NCBI GenBank assembly: GCA_964291215.2 | Contig: OZ219790.1 | Span: forward strand, 96,001 to 160,000 | Reading direction: 5' to 3' | DNA from: Alphaproteobacteria bacterium | GTDB lineage: Bacteria > Pseudomonadota > Alphaproteobacteria > MPNO01 > UBA830 | DNA length: 64,000 bases | Notes under the pieces: model-generated | Seen by the model: only the letters and a program-made list of their open reading frames with translations | Told to the model about the DNA's origin: nothing | Databases searched by the model: none | In this document: one piece after another, positions 1 through 9,797 of the stretch | Layout of the letters: every line of letters begins with the position of its first letter | How positions within the stretch are numbered: position 1 is the stretch's first letter | Position numbers and translations under genes: made by a program

Positions 1-771
1 TCTCGGATGGCCGGGTGTTGGGCCTGCTCCGGCAGATGCTCACGGCCAGCGTGGTGGCTGAAGGAAAAAGGCTGCCGGGGTACTCCACAGGGCGGTGTTG
101 TATCAGCGCTGCTCAGTAACATCTTGCTGACACCGTTTGATTGGGAAATGCGGCGGCTATCGATTGACTGCTGATGACTGGCTGGTGACGTGCGCGAGGA
201 AGCTCACGCGGCATTGGCCAGACGGATCCTGGCCAAGTGACCCTGAATGCCGGGAAGACCCGGACCGTTCACATCAGGCACGGGTTCGAGTTCCTCGGCT
301 ACAAGATCAAGCAGGGCAAGAAGCCACTCCGGTTGCACGCCTCGAAGATCAAGAGCGGGGTGAGCGGGAGGACACGCTATGCGGTTCCCCGTGCGAAATC
401 GATCCAGCACTTCAAGGACCAGATCCGCCAGCGCACCCGGCGCAAAGCTCCTGTCAGTACGCAGGAGTTGATCGATGAGATCAATCCAGTCATTCGGGGT
501 TGGGGCCAATACTACTGCAAGGCCCACATCCGCAAGCTCTTCCACCAGCTTGACGGCTGGATCGTTCGGCGGCTTTGGTCGCATCGTCGCAAGCGCTGGC
601 GCAACGCCGGCTGGAAACAGCTGCCGGAGCGCAAGCTGAGTACGGGCTTGTTCGCTTGTGGTCTCTTCCTTGAACCTTCGACGAGACACCTCTGTGAAAG
701 CGGCTTACGGGAAAGGGCCGTTTGAGCGGCGGACGGAGGCCAGCCCTTCGGGGCGCCTCCTCCGACCCGAC
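1..771 (+). mobile_element. Group II intron A, 3' part (decayed RT/maturase plus domains V-VI)
   Basis: Frameshifted RT motifs GTPQGGVVSALLSNILL, ADDWLV, FEFLGY and maturase domain X (INPVIRGWGQYY). DV-like GAAAGCGGCTTACGGGAAA..GGGCCGTTTGAGCGG at ~696-732, DVI hairpin ending CCGAC at 771. 5' end lies outside the window. Confidence 0.85.
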
Positions 772-1932
772 ACCGCTGAAGGCGGCGAACAAGGGCTCTC
801 CGGAGCCTGCGGAGTTGCTGGAGGGAAGGGCAATGCGGTTGGCCCGCGCCGCGCGCAGAAGCGGGTCACAGGCGGCTGAACGCAGGTAGCGAAGAGGAAC
901 CCGGAAGAGCGTCTTGTGGCGCTACTCCACCACGTGATGTTCTGCGTTCCATTCCTTGAGGAAGGATGCGGCGGCGGGGCGTTGTGTGGCAAACGTACGG
1001 GGTGGAACTGCCTGCACGCCCGTGTGCACAGGGGCGGGCGCCTCCGGGGTCTGCATTCCCAAGGAGGGGCAACTTGCCTCGGACAAGATTCTTCAGCGGG
1101 CGGTGTGATTCTGGTGCCGCGAAACGGAGTTCCTCGGTTCCGGCCGGGGCGCATCATGCGCCGTCACGGTGGAACGGCGGAAGGTCAACTGGATCGTTGA
1201 CGCCCGTGGGTTCTTCGACAACCGCGACCATCTGGTTGCGATGCTCGGGAAACGGATCGGGGGGTCTGATCATCAAGTGACCCCGGCGTCATGGAAGGGA
1301 CCGACTGGCAAGGGAACACCGCAAGGGGCGACGCCCTGCCTTGCGAACCTGCACTACGTGCGACTGGTTCCAGAACCACTGGCGCAAGCGGGACACGATC
1401 ATTATGCGGACGACTTCGTGTGCGGCTTTCAGAATCTGGGCGACGCTGGGACCTTGGGGAGAGACTGGCCCACTTGAACTGCACCCGGAAAATCATCGAG
1501 TTCGGTCGGTTTGCCAGAGCGAACCGCCGGAAGCGTGGACAAGACGTTCGACTTCCTCGGCATGACGCACTTCTGCGAACAGACGAGGAAAGGCAGGTTC
1601 AGGGTCGGTCGCAAACGGGCACCCTGCGGCGGATCAAGGAGGCCTTGCGCAAGCGGTGGCACGATAACCGGCACGAAACGGCCAAGTGGTGAGTTATCAA
1701 CGGCTGGCTCAACTACTACGTTGTTCCGGGAAGCAGCCTGCAGAAGTTCATACACCAATGCAAACGGCTGCGTGCCCTTCGGCGACGCCCCCAAAAAGAC
1801 TTCACCGGGGACACAGACACCCTCACCGCTGCCCACTGAGCCCGTGGCCAAACCAGCGCCTTGTCGTCAGGGGAGGAGCGAACAGCGCACGTCCGGTTCT
1901 GTGCGGGGGGTAACCCGGTTCCCTACCGCGAT
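772..1932 (+). mobile_element. Group II intron B, 3' part (decayed RT), interrupted by intron A
   Basis: 772-830 reads ACCGCTGAAGGCGGCGAAC...GCGGAG...TGGAGGGAAGGG (DII/DIII-like). Then fragments ERLVALLHHV, FRPGR, ERRKVNWIVDA-RGFFD, GTPQGA, YADDFVCGFQ, TFDFLGMTH in several frames. DV/DVI-like end GAGGAGCG..GCACGTCCGGTTCTGTGCGGGGGG..CCCTACCGCGAT at ~1873-1932. Confidence 0.8.
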
Positions 1933-3190
1933 GGTCGTCTGTGAAGCGCAGGTTTTCGTGTTTCACGAGACGTTCGTGCAGGTTGTGCGCGTTTGCGATG
2001 CGTTTTCCTTTCGCGGGATGTCGGGCAGTTCCCTGGCGCCCTGATGGTGCGGTTGCGGTCGGCCTCGTTCAGGGTCCTGGATGCGCTCTTGTTGATCTTG
2101 TGGCAAACCTCGCGGAGCAGGCTCTTCATCAGTCGCGCGGCAGCCTCGACGACGAAGGTCAGTTCGCGCAGCAGGTGGCTGCCGCTGGTGGCTACACTGC
2201 CATGTACGAGGCCCAGGACGCCCTTGTAGCACGGGCCGATCTCTTGCCCGCGCTTGCGATGTGGGAACTTGCACGTTCCGACGACATGGAGCCACTTGCT
2301 GTTGATCCGAAATCGTCGACATCGGGCGTTGCAGGAGGTGCGCCACGGCGGCCTCCTCCCATGACGCATCGTGAAAGCATGGCCGAGGCCTCGGAGAGCT
2401 TGATATCGCCTGCACGAGCGCGACGGCGCAGGGACAGAATTTGGGCGACCAGCAGGTTGATGACGAGGGCCTGGATGCCGTACTGCACGGGATGTTGTCG
2501 AGGAACCGGCCCTTGGTCCGGGCCTTGCACTTCGGGCATTCCTCGGCGTCGACGCGGCGCGACCTCGAACACGATGTCGTGCGGCGCTCGACGGGGCCGT
2601 CGGCGCCGCAGGCGTCGCAGGCCGCGACCGTTTCCTCGACGATGGTCTTGCGCAAGTTGTCGCCATCTGCTGGTTCGGCTTCGGGCCGTTGCTCCCGGCA
2701 CGCTCTCGTCCGTCTGTGACGGCGGCAGACCGGAGTTCCGGCTCGTGCGTGGCCTTCTCCAGAAGGACGACGATGAGGATGTCGAGCAGGATGACGAAGA
2801 CGCGGATCACGGCCTCTTCCGCCACCTTGCCGGCAGCGCCGCGGTCCTGGCCGCTTCGAACTCCTCGCGCGCCGCCCGTCGCCATCACCCGGCCTCGCCG
2901 CGAGCATCGCCTGACGCTCACCCGGCGGCATCTTCCGGTACTCCGCCTTGCGCTTCATCAGCGCGCCGCCTCCGAGATGCGTTTCCATATACAGATCATG
3001 CGGGGGCTGAAGCCCCGGAAGCAGCTGGCACAGCCCGCTCGTCGCCTTCGATCCAAAGTAGCCCACTGGCGGTCCCCATCGTTCTCGATTACCACCACTA
3101 AACGAATCGGCCTGCAGTGTCAAATCTCCACGAAAACCCGTTCGTTACTCTACCCCGACATCAAGCCGGAACCAAGGGGTGAGCAGTTAC
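1933..3190 (-). mobile_element. IS66-family element remnant with internally deleted DNA adenine methyltransferase
   Basis: Terminal GTAACTGCTC (reverse complement of 3181-3190). MTase fragments GYFGSKATSGLCQ..METHLGGGALMKRK joined to YRKMPPGERQAMLAA. TnpC fragments (CDACG, CPKC, VQYG, WLHVV, HRKRG, HNLHERLVKH) cut by intron B at 1932/1933. Confidence 0.8.
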
Positions 3191-3361
3191 ATGGAAACTA
3201 CGTTTAAGACTAGCAAATCGTCGCGGTTCGCCGCCGGGGTTCCCTAGTGTTGGACTCAGGGCAGCCACCCTTCCTCCAACTCGGCGATAATCCCCGGTAA
3301 TGTCGTCGTAAAGGTTCGTGCGCAAGTCGCCCTTGTGGGCTACGCGATGGTGTCTGGTCAT
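3191..3361 (-). pseudogene. ardC: ArdC-like antirestriction/ssDNA-binding protein, 5' stub
   Basis: Translates as RTNLYDDITG/IIAELEEGWLP*VQH*G, resembling the ArdC N-terminus (LYxEITxKIIAELEAGxxPWVQPWG). Truncated by the IS66 end. Confidence 0.65.
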
Positions 3362-3519
3362 CTGGATGATCTCGGCGACGGGCGCCTATCTTCCGGCCCT
3401 CAGCCCGTTACGGAAAACCCACCGCACTCTCAAGGGGAGCTGCGGGGTCTCCCTGCAGAAGGGGGTGCGCCGGCAAAGCAGTGCCGGCCAGGGAGAAGGC
3501 TTTCCCCCTCCAACTCCCG

Positions 3520-3801
3520 TCAGGGACGCCGGTGTTTCTGTATTTCCTCGTCGGCGATTGTCTGCACGATGTTCATGTCCATCTCCGCAACGGGTGAGAG
3601 ACGAGCGACCTCGGAAGCCACTTTTGTCCAATGCCAGAACCCGGACCTGTCCCTTTGGGCGCGGTTGCGCGCGGCAAGACGCTGCGCCTCATAATAGGCT
3701 TGGCGCCCATGTTTCTCGATCAACGTGCGCGCGTCCTGCTGCCATCGCTGGCGGATCTGCCGTCGTTTTCGATCCACTTGGAGAACAGGTCGAACATTCA
3801 A
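3520..3801 (-). CDS. Small hypothetical protein (93 aa)
   Basis: Open frame with plausible helical composition, co-oriented upstream of the ardC stub. No family recognised. Confidence 0.5.
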   Translation of the reverse strand: MNVRPVLQVDRKRRQIRQRWQQDARTLIEKHGRQAYYEAQRLAARNRAQRDRSGFWHWTKVASEVARLSPVAEMDMNIVQTIADEEIQKHRRP

Positions 3802-4172
3802 ACTCGCTTTCCGATGCCAAAATGACCGGACGGGATGGCGATCGCCAGGCAGGGGCTATTTCCCATGCGTGAACGGCTGCTTGAGTTCTGCCAGAACGAT
3901 GATGCCGACTTCAACAGCCCGCTTTGCGCTTTCCGGGACCGCTCTACCTGCACCAACAAAGCGTGAACGTGGCGCGACGGCGATTGTGCAACGATCTGCT
4001 GCACAATTTCTGGATTGCGGGGCGCCGGGGTCTCGGCTGATTGGCCGATGAAATTGGCCTCTCTGCTTCCACGGTCGTCCCGCACGATACCATCGTGTTC
4101 GATGATCGGCCCGACATCTTGAATTTTCCGGCCATTGGCCGTACATATGTTCGATAGATAGGAGATCGAAAA

Positions 4173-4475
4173 ATGGCTGGAGCAGTAAAGAGGCCGACAT
4201 CCGGCCGCGTCCGAGGGGAGCGCCTCGAGACGCGCGTAACCACTTACCAAAAGCGTCTGATCGAATATGCCGCTGCCCTCCAAGGGCGTACTGTAACGGA
4301 TTTCGTTCTGACAAGCTTACAGGACGCGGCGCGGCGTGCCATTGAGGAACATCAACATCTGGAGCTTTCACTCCGGGACAGCCAGGCGTTCGTCCAGGCT
4401 CTGGTCGAACCGCGGCTGGTCAATGAGCGGCTGACTGACACCGTTCGCCGCTATCGTGAGAGAACGGGCGTCTGA
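4173..4475 (+). CDS. DUF1778 (TacA/AtaR-like) RHH antitoxin
   Basis: ERLETRVT..KRLIEYAAALQGRTVTDFVL..A.RAIEE..LSLRDSQAFVQAL..P pattern; AGGAG RBS upstream. Confidence 0.9.
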   Translation: MAGAVKRPTSGRVRGERLETRVTTYQKRLIEYAAALQGRTVTDFVLTSLQDAARRAIEEHQHLELSLRDSQAFVQALVEPRLVNERLTDTVRRYRERTGV

Positions 4476-4478
4476 CGC

Positions 4479-4988
4479 GTGGGGGGAGCGGATGACATTC
4501 TGCGAGTCGAGTTTCTCGGCGCGCAACACGACCGATCGGGGTTCGAAAGCGGTGTAGAGCCGCTTGATCGTTACTTTCAGACGCAAGCTGGACAGGACGC
4601 CAGAAAGAAGATGGCGGCGCCTTTTGTCCTCGTACTGAAGGATGGCAGCGTCGCCGGATATTATACGCTTTTGTCAACGACGGTGCGGCTTCCGGAGTTG
4701 CCGGAAGCCGTGGTCCGCAAGCTGCCGCGCTACCCGCTGATCCCGGCGACTTTACTGGGCCGCCTTGCTGTCGATCAGCGCTATCAGGGAAAAGGTTATG
4801 GTCGGTTCCTCCTTGCGGACGCACTCTTTCGGGCCGTGCGCAGCGAGATTGCATCCTTTGCGGTGATTGTGGACGCCAAGGGTGAGAGCGCGAAGCGCTT
4901 CTATGAGCGCGAGAGTTTTTTACCGTTCCCGGACCAGCAGATGAAGTTGTTCCGGCCAATGGCGGATATTGAAGCATTGTTCAAGTGA
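4479..4988 (+). CDS. GNAT acetyltransferase toxin (TacT/AtaT-like)
   Basis: HDRSGFESG..LDRY, GYYTL, KLPRYP.PA.LLGRLAVD..YQGKGYG, VDAK..AKRFYE; starts 3 bp after the antitoxin. Confidence 0.92.
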   Translation: MGGADDILRVEFLGAQHDRSGFESGVEPLDRYFQTQAGQDARKKMAAPFVLVLKDGSVAGYYTLLSTTVRLPELPEAVVRKLPRYPLIPATLLGRLAVDQRYQGKGYGRFLLADALFRAVRSEIASFAVIVDAKGESAKRFYERESFLPFPDQQMKLFRPMADIEALFK

Positions 4989-5040
4989 GGGGGGTGTTCG
5001 TGGCGGATGCGGATGGAGAAGAACCTGAGAAATTGACATT

Positions 5041-5250
5041 TTGACATTTAAATTTCTCCGGGGCCTCGAGGCTGATGCCGGTGAGCTTGGATGGCCAGCT
5101 GGCGCTGATTTCGTCAGGAAAGCGCTGTCGGAATCGCTCAACGCAAAGAACGTGGCGTTCCTGCTCGGGGCAGGTTGCTCGTCGAATTGCGTCAAAGAGA
5201 AAGATACTGCGGGCAAGGATGCCTGGCGAGAGCTTGGTATTCCGACCGAC
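5041..5250 (+). pseudogene. SIR2-like (sirtuin) domain protein, 5' stub
   Basis: KNVAFLLGAGCSS...GIPT is the N-terminal GAGxS motif of SIR2-like proteins; fused to a transposase remnant at ~5250. Confidence 0.6.
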
Positions 5251-5685
5251 GCAAAAAGTGCCAACTTGGGTGAAGGACGAGATCGTGACGCTCGACGCCG
5301 AGCACGAGGCGCTCAAGGTCCGGCGTTCAGAAACCCCGAAGCATGTCACGGTGGCCGAGCTCGACGAGAGACTCGACGCCCTGCCCTCCAGCGAGAAGCT
5401 GCTGCTCGACATCGTTCGCATGATCGCCTACCGCGCCGAGACCCGGATGATGTCCGCCGTCGCCGCGGCGCAGGGCGCAAAGCAGCGTCCGCGACGCCCC
5501 CTCGCCGAACTGTTCCAGTCGGACGCCGACATCGCCGGGCTGCTCGACGAACTCAACCGGACGCGCACGATCTTCCCCGGAACCGGGCTCCGCATGATCT
5601 ACGAACTGCCAGACAACGCACGCAAACCCGGCCCAGAAGCATCGCCCTGATTGGAAAAATTGAACCCGAGGTCAGGACATCTGAG
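5250..5685 (+). mobile_element. Transposase 3' remnant (family unassigned) with probable element end
   Basis: KLLLDIVRMIAYRAET...LFQSDAD...ELNRTRTIFPGTGLRMIYEL resembles a transposase C-terminus; GGTCAGGACATCTGAG end-like sequence after the stop. Confidence 0.6.
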
Positions 5686-5739
5686 CTTCCCATGGCAAGG
5701 GCCGTCTCTTCGCCCCGCATGATCAAGACATGGAAAGAT

Positions 5740-5761
5740 CGGTATAGCATTTGCTATACCG
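5740..5761. promoter_or_regulatory. Perfect inverted repeat, candidate operator
   Basis: CGGTATAGCA-TT-TGCTATACCG, 10-bp arms, ~47 bp upstream of the XRE-HTH helicase gene. Confidence 0.6.
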
Positions 5762-5807
5762 CGCGAGATGATTTAATCTCGACGCCCAATGTGATCGAGA
5801 AACGGCG

Positions 5808-8800
5808 ATGCAATCGGGAATGGGCGACATTCCGGAAGACTACCCACTCCGGGTCAGGGACTTGCGTCAGCGGTTGGGGCTCACGCAGGCACAGATGGCG
5901 GAGCGCATCGGCGTGTCGTTCGCGACAGTGAACCGCTGGGAGAACAGCCAGTCCAGGCCCGGGCGCCTAGCGTGGCGCGGGATCGTCGATCTGGAAGCCG
6001 AGGTCCGGCACTCGAGCCGGCCGGCCGAACCGCCCGCCGCTTCGGCGGCGCCAACACTCGACTTTGGTGCTGAGCCGGCAGCGGTGGCCGCCGTTGCGGC
6101 GGCGACGCGGCTCGACTACGGCCACCTGTCCAACCCGACTTTCGCCAGCGAGATATCCTCGATCGACCCGTTGCCGCACCAGCGTATCGCCGTCTACGAA
6201 CACATGACCGGCCAGTCGCCGCTGCGGTTTCTCCTTGCCGACGATGCCGGTGCGGGAAAGACGATTATGACGGGGCTGTATATCCGCGAGATGCTCGTGC
6301 GCCGGCTGATGACCCGTGTGCTTGTTGCTGCGCCGGCCGGGCTGGTGGGCAACTGGGAACGCGAGATGCGCACGCTGTTCCGCCTCTCCTTCCGCATTGT
6401 GCGCGGCGCCGACGCCCGCGCCGGGAATCCGTTCGCCGGGCCGGAGAGCGACCGCATCGTCGTCAGCATCGACACGCTTGCCGGCGAGCGCATGTTCGGG
6501 CGCCTTCGCGAGGCGGTGGAATCGGGCGCCGCGCGACCCTACGACCTCGTGGTGTTTGATGAGGCTCACAAGCTGGCCGCCGCTCGCGAGCAGGATTTCC
6601 GAGTCCGCAAGACCGATCGCTACCGCCTCGCCGAAGCGCTGGCCGGCCTGCCCGTAGACTGTGCGCGCTGGAGCCTGGGCTGGTCGGCCTCGAATATCCT
6701 GCTGCTGACCGCGACGCCGCACATGGGCAAGGACTTCCCCTATTACTGCCTGTGGCGCCTGCTCGCGCCTGACGCGCTGTCGACTTTCGAGGCGTTCGAG
6801 GACTTCCCCGAGGCGTCGCGCCGCCGCCACTTCATCCGTCGCACCAAGGAAGAGATGGTTCACGCCGACGGTCGGCACCTCTATCCGCAACGTAAGTGCG
6901 ACACCCTCAGTTACGCGCTGAACCCGGCCGAGCAAGATCTCTATGACGCGACGACGCAATACATCAAGGAAACCTACAACAGGGCGCGCGTTCTGAACCG
7001 TTCCGCGGCCCGTCTTGCGATGAGCGTGTTCCAGCGCCGGCTCGCCAGTTCGACCTACGCCCTGATGCGCTCGTTCGAGCGCCGCCTCGACCGCCTGGAC
7101 AAGGCCATTGCGCTTGTCCGGGCGGGCCGCAGCGATGAGCTGAAGAGGGGCCAGACGCGGCTCGGGAAGACACCGGATTTCTTCGAATCCCGCACCGCCG
7201 ACGAGGAGGCGGACGACAGCGGCGAACGGGAGCGCCACGAGGAGTTCGAAGAGGCCGCGCTCGGCGGTTTCGCCTCGCTCACCCTTGTGGAGTTCCGGGA
7301 GGAGCGGGCAGAGGTCGAAGCCCTTCTGTCCCGGGCGCGCCGTCTCGCCGAAGCGGGCGAGGATTCCAAGTTCGAGAAGCTGCGTGCGGTCATGTGCGAT
7401 CCGGCCTTCGCCCGGGAAAAGCTCATCGTCTTCACCGAGCATCGAGACACGGCGGAGTTTCTGGTACGCCGCTTGGAAGAGCTCGGCTTCGCCGGTCGGG
7501 TCGGCCTGATCCATGGCGGGATGGATTACCACGCGCGCGAGGCGCAGGTAACGCTGTTCCGGCGTCCGGCGGAGCGCGGCGGCGCCAGCTATCTGGTCGC
7601 GACCGACGCCGCCGGCGAAGGCATCAATCTCCAGTTCTGTTGGCTTATGGTGAATTACGACGTGCCTTGGAACCCGGCGCGGCTGGAGCAAAGAATGGGG
7701 CGCATCCACCGCTACGGGCAAACGCACGACCCGGTGGTGATCGTCAACCTGGTCGCCGGGGAGACGCGCGAAGGCCGGGTTCTCAAGGTGCTGCTCGACA
7801 AGCTCGAGGCGATCCGCAAGGAACTCCGCTCGGACAAGGTGTTTGATGTCGTCGGGCACCTGTTCGAGAATCTGCCGCTCAAGGATTATCTGGAGCAGGC
7901 GGTGACGGAGGCCGGCGCCCGCACCGCTGTCGAGGCGTTCGATGCCAATCTGACGCCGGAACGAGCGGTCGCCATTGACGCGCGGGAGCGCGGCCTCTAC
8001 GGTAGCGGCGAGGTTCGCGCCCGCCTTTCCGAGCTCAACACGACCATGGAGCGGGAACAGTATCGCCGTCTGCTTCCTGGCCATGTCCGCCACTTCGTCG
8101 AGACCGCGGCCCCCTTGATCGACCTGCGACTGGAGGGCGACGCGGGCGGCGTATTCGACTTCGCGCCCCAACGCCCGCGCGCCGCCGACGATATGCGCGC
8201 CGCGATGGATGTCTACCCCGAAGCGATGCGAGGCCGGTTGACGTTCCAGCGTCCGGAAGCCGGCGACTACACTATCTGGATGCATCCCGGCGAGCCGGTG
8301 TTCGAGTGCTTTCACGCCGCCCTGCTGGCGCGCCGCGGCGGCGAGGCGCTGCGCGGCGCGATATTCGTCGATCCCCACGCCGAGGAACCCTACCTCTTTC
8401 ACCTGGCCCGGGTCTCGGTGGTGCGTCGCGGCCGAAACCGGACGGAGACGATCGAGATACGCCCGGTCGGGCTGCGGCAGGAGAGCGACGGCGCTGTTTC
8501 GCCGTGCCCGCCGGAGCATCTGCTTTTGTTGCGCGGCGTTGGCGGCGTCGCGCCCGGTAGCATACCGCTGGCCCGCGTGGCGCACAGGCTCACGGAAGAC
8601 GCCAGGGCGTCGCTGAAGGAGACTGCGCTGTGCATGGCGGCGAAACATCGCGCGCGCCTTGAGCAGGCGCTGCCGGAACTGCGCCGTTTGACCGCGCGCG
8701 GCTATGGCTACAAGACCGCCGAGTTGATGACGAGGCGTCGGAGCATGAGCGGGGAGGCCCGCCAGGGCAATTCGCAAGCGCAAGCGGAGCTCGCCATCGT

Positions 8801-9374
8801 GAAGGAAGAGCAGAGCCGCCTGGTCGCGGAGCAGCGCTGCCGTCTGGCGGCGCTGGAGGCGAAGCCTGCTTCGATTGGCCCCGGCGAGGCAGCGATGATT
8901 GCCCATGCACTGGTCCTGCCGACCAGCGACCCGGAAGAGCGGCAGCGGCACGACGCCGAAGTCGAGACGATCGCCATGGTCCGTGCGCGCGCCCATGAGG
9001 AAGCGGCGGGGGCCTCGGTTCAAGACGTGTCGCGGCCCGCGCTGGCGCGACGCGCGGGCCTGGGCGACTGGCCCGGCTTCGACCTTCGTTCGCTGCGCCC
9101 GGCGGGAGCGGGCGGGCCGGCGGAGGACCGCGCCATTGAGGTCAAGGGCCGCGCCGGTTCCGGCGCGGTGGAAGTGAGCGAAAACGAATGGGCGGCGGCC
9201 TGCAACCTGCGCGAGCGCTACTGGCTCTATGTCGTCTTCGACTGCGCCGGGTTGCGTCCCCGCCTGGTCAAGATCCGCGACCCCTTCGGTTGTCTGCTGG
9301 CCCGGACGAAAGGCGGAGTCGTCATTTCGGCGTCGGAAATCTTGTCGGCAAGCAGGGACGAGGGGGCGGCATGA
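5808..9374 (+). CDS. XRE-HTH / SNF2-family helicase / DUF3883 fusion
   Basis: N-terminal HTH (LRQRLGLTQAQMAERIGVSFATVNRWEN); LLADDAGAGKT, DEAH, LLTATPH, GEGINLQ, WNPARLEQRMGRIHRYGQ; C-terminal GFDLRS...IEVKGR...SENEW (DUF3883). Start may be 5820. Confidence 0.93.
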   Translation: MQSGMGDIPEDYPLRVRDLRQRLGLTQAQMAERIGVSFATVNRWENSQSRPGRLAWRGIVDLEAEVRHSSRPAEPPAASAAPTLDFGAEPAAVAAVAAATRLDYGHLSNPTFASEISSIDPLPHQRIAVYEHMTGQSPLRFLLADDAGAGKTIMTGLYIREMLVRRLMTRVLVAAPAGLVGNWEREMRTLFRLSFRIVRGADARAGNPFAGPESDRIVVSIDTLAGERMFGRLREAVESGAARPYDLVVFDEAHKLAAAREQDFRVRKTDRYRLAEALAGLPVDCARWSLGWSASNILLLTATPHMGKDFPYYCLWRLLAPDALSTFEAFEDFPEASRRRHFIRRTKEEMVHADGRHLYPQRKCDTLSYALNPAEQDLYDATTQYIKETYNRARVLNRSAARLAMSVFQRRLASSTYALMRSFERRLDRLDKAIALVRAGRSDELKRGQTRLGKTPDFFESRTADEEADDSGERERHEEFEEAALGGFASLTLVEFREERAEVEALLSRARRLAEAGEDSKFEKLRAVMCDPAFAREKLIVFTEHRDTAEFLVRRLEELGFAGRVGLIHGGMDYHAREAQVTLFRRPAERGGASYLVATDAAGEGINLQFCWLMVNYDVPWNPARLEQRMGRIHRYGQTHDPVVIVNLVAGETREGRVLKVLLDKLEAIRKELRSDKVFDVVGHLFENLPLKDYLEQAVTEAGARTAVEAFDANLTPERAVAIDARERGLYGSGEVRARLSELNTTMEREQYRRLLPGHVRHFVETAAPLIDLRLEGDAGGVFDFAPQRPRAADDMRAAMDVYPEAMRGRLTFQRPEAGDYTIWMHPGEPVFECFHAALLARRGGEALRGAIFVDPHAEEPYLFHLARVSVVRRGRNRTETIEIRPVGLRQESDGAVSPCPPEHLLLLRGVGGVAPGSIPLARVAHRLTEDARASLKETALCMAAKHRARLEQALPELRRLTARGYGYKTAELMTRRRSMSGEARQGNSQAQAELAIVKEEQSRLVAEQRCRLAALEAKPASIGPGEAAMIAHALVLPTSDPEERQRHDAEVETIAMVRARAHEEAAGASVQDVSRPALARRAGLGDWPGFDLRSLRPAGAGGPAEDRAIEVKGRAGSGAVEVSENEWAAACNLRERYWLYVVFDCAGLRPRLVKIRDPFGCLLARTKGGVVISASEILSASRDEGAA

Positions 9375-9527
9375 AGGTTTGCCATGTCGATGAGAGCGGT
9401 AATACTACACAGGGTCCCTCTCCAAGAGAGGCACTCGCTCGCCGCCCGGGCGCTGGCCGGCGAATGGGCCGTCTACGACAATGCGGGGCCGGCCCCGGTA
9501 TCGCTGGCGGAGGGAGGAAACGGATGA
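9371..9527 (+). pseudogene. Deletion scar: DUF3800-like 5' stub joined to the 3' tail of a zeta-toxin-like (COG4185) ATPase
   Basis: MKVCHVDESGNT starts in ATGA overlap with the helicase stop; another frame gives LAGEWAVYDNAGPAPVSLAEGGNG* ending in ATGA overlap with the next ORF. Confidence 0.45.
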
Positions 9528-9796
9528 CGCTGACGAAGCCCGCACATGACAAACCGGACGCCCCCGGCCGCGACCCGGACATGGCCGTCCGCCGCCGGGC
9601 CGTGGAGAATGGCGCCAAAGGCATCTCCGTATTCGAAGGGGTCAGGATCGTCCGGATGGTGGTGGACGAGGAAACCTTGGCCTTGAGCAGGTGCTGGCGG
9701 GCGCGGCGGATAAAGATGTGGTGGCGCCTCGTCGGACAAGTCGAAACACTGCTCGCGACGGTGCGTCGACCATTGGCGGAACCGGAGGCCGGTTGA
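9524..9796 (+). CDS. Small hypothetical protein, possibly decayed partner of the lost ATPase
   Basis: ATG at 9524 preceded by GGAGG; ends 1 bp before the next gene. Confidence 0.4.
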   Translation: MTLTKPAHDKPDAPGRDPDMAVRRRAVENGAKGISVFEGVRIVRMVVDEETLALSRCWRARRIKMWWRLVGQVETLLATVRRPLAEPEAG

Positions 9797-9797
9797 T

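Noticed and set aside
1-1932. RT fragments as a retron, DGR or defence RT
   Set aside because: Maturase domain X and DV/DVI ends identify group II introns; no TR/VR pair seen.
5967-9023. 1018-aa antisense ORF, and similar long shadows (15335-17860, 11840-13501, 53327-55042, 58067-59356)
   Set aside because: Opposite-strand mirrors of well-supported genes in high-GC DNA; no motifs.
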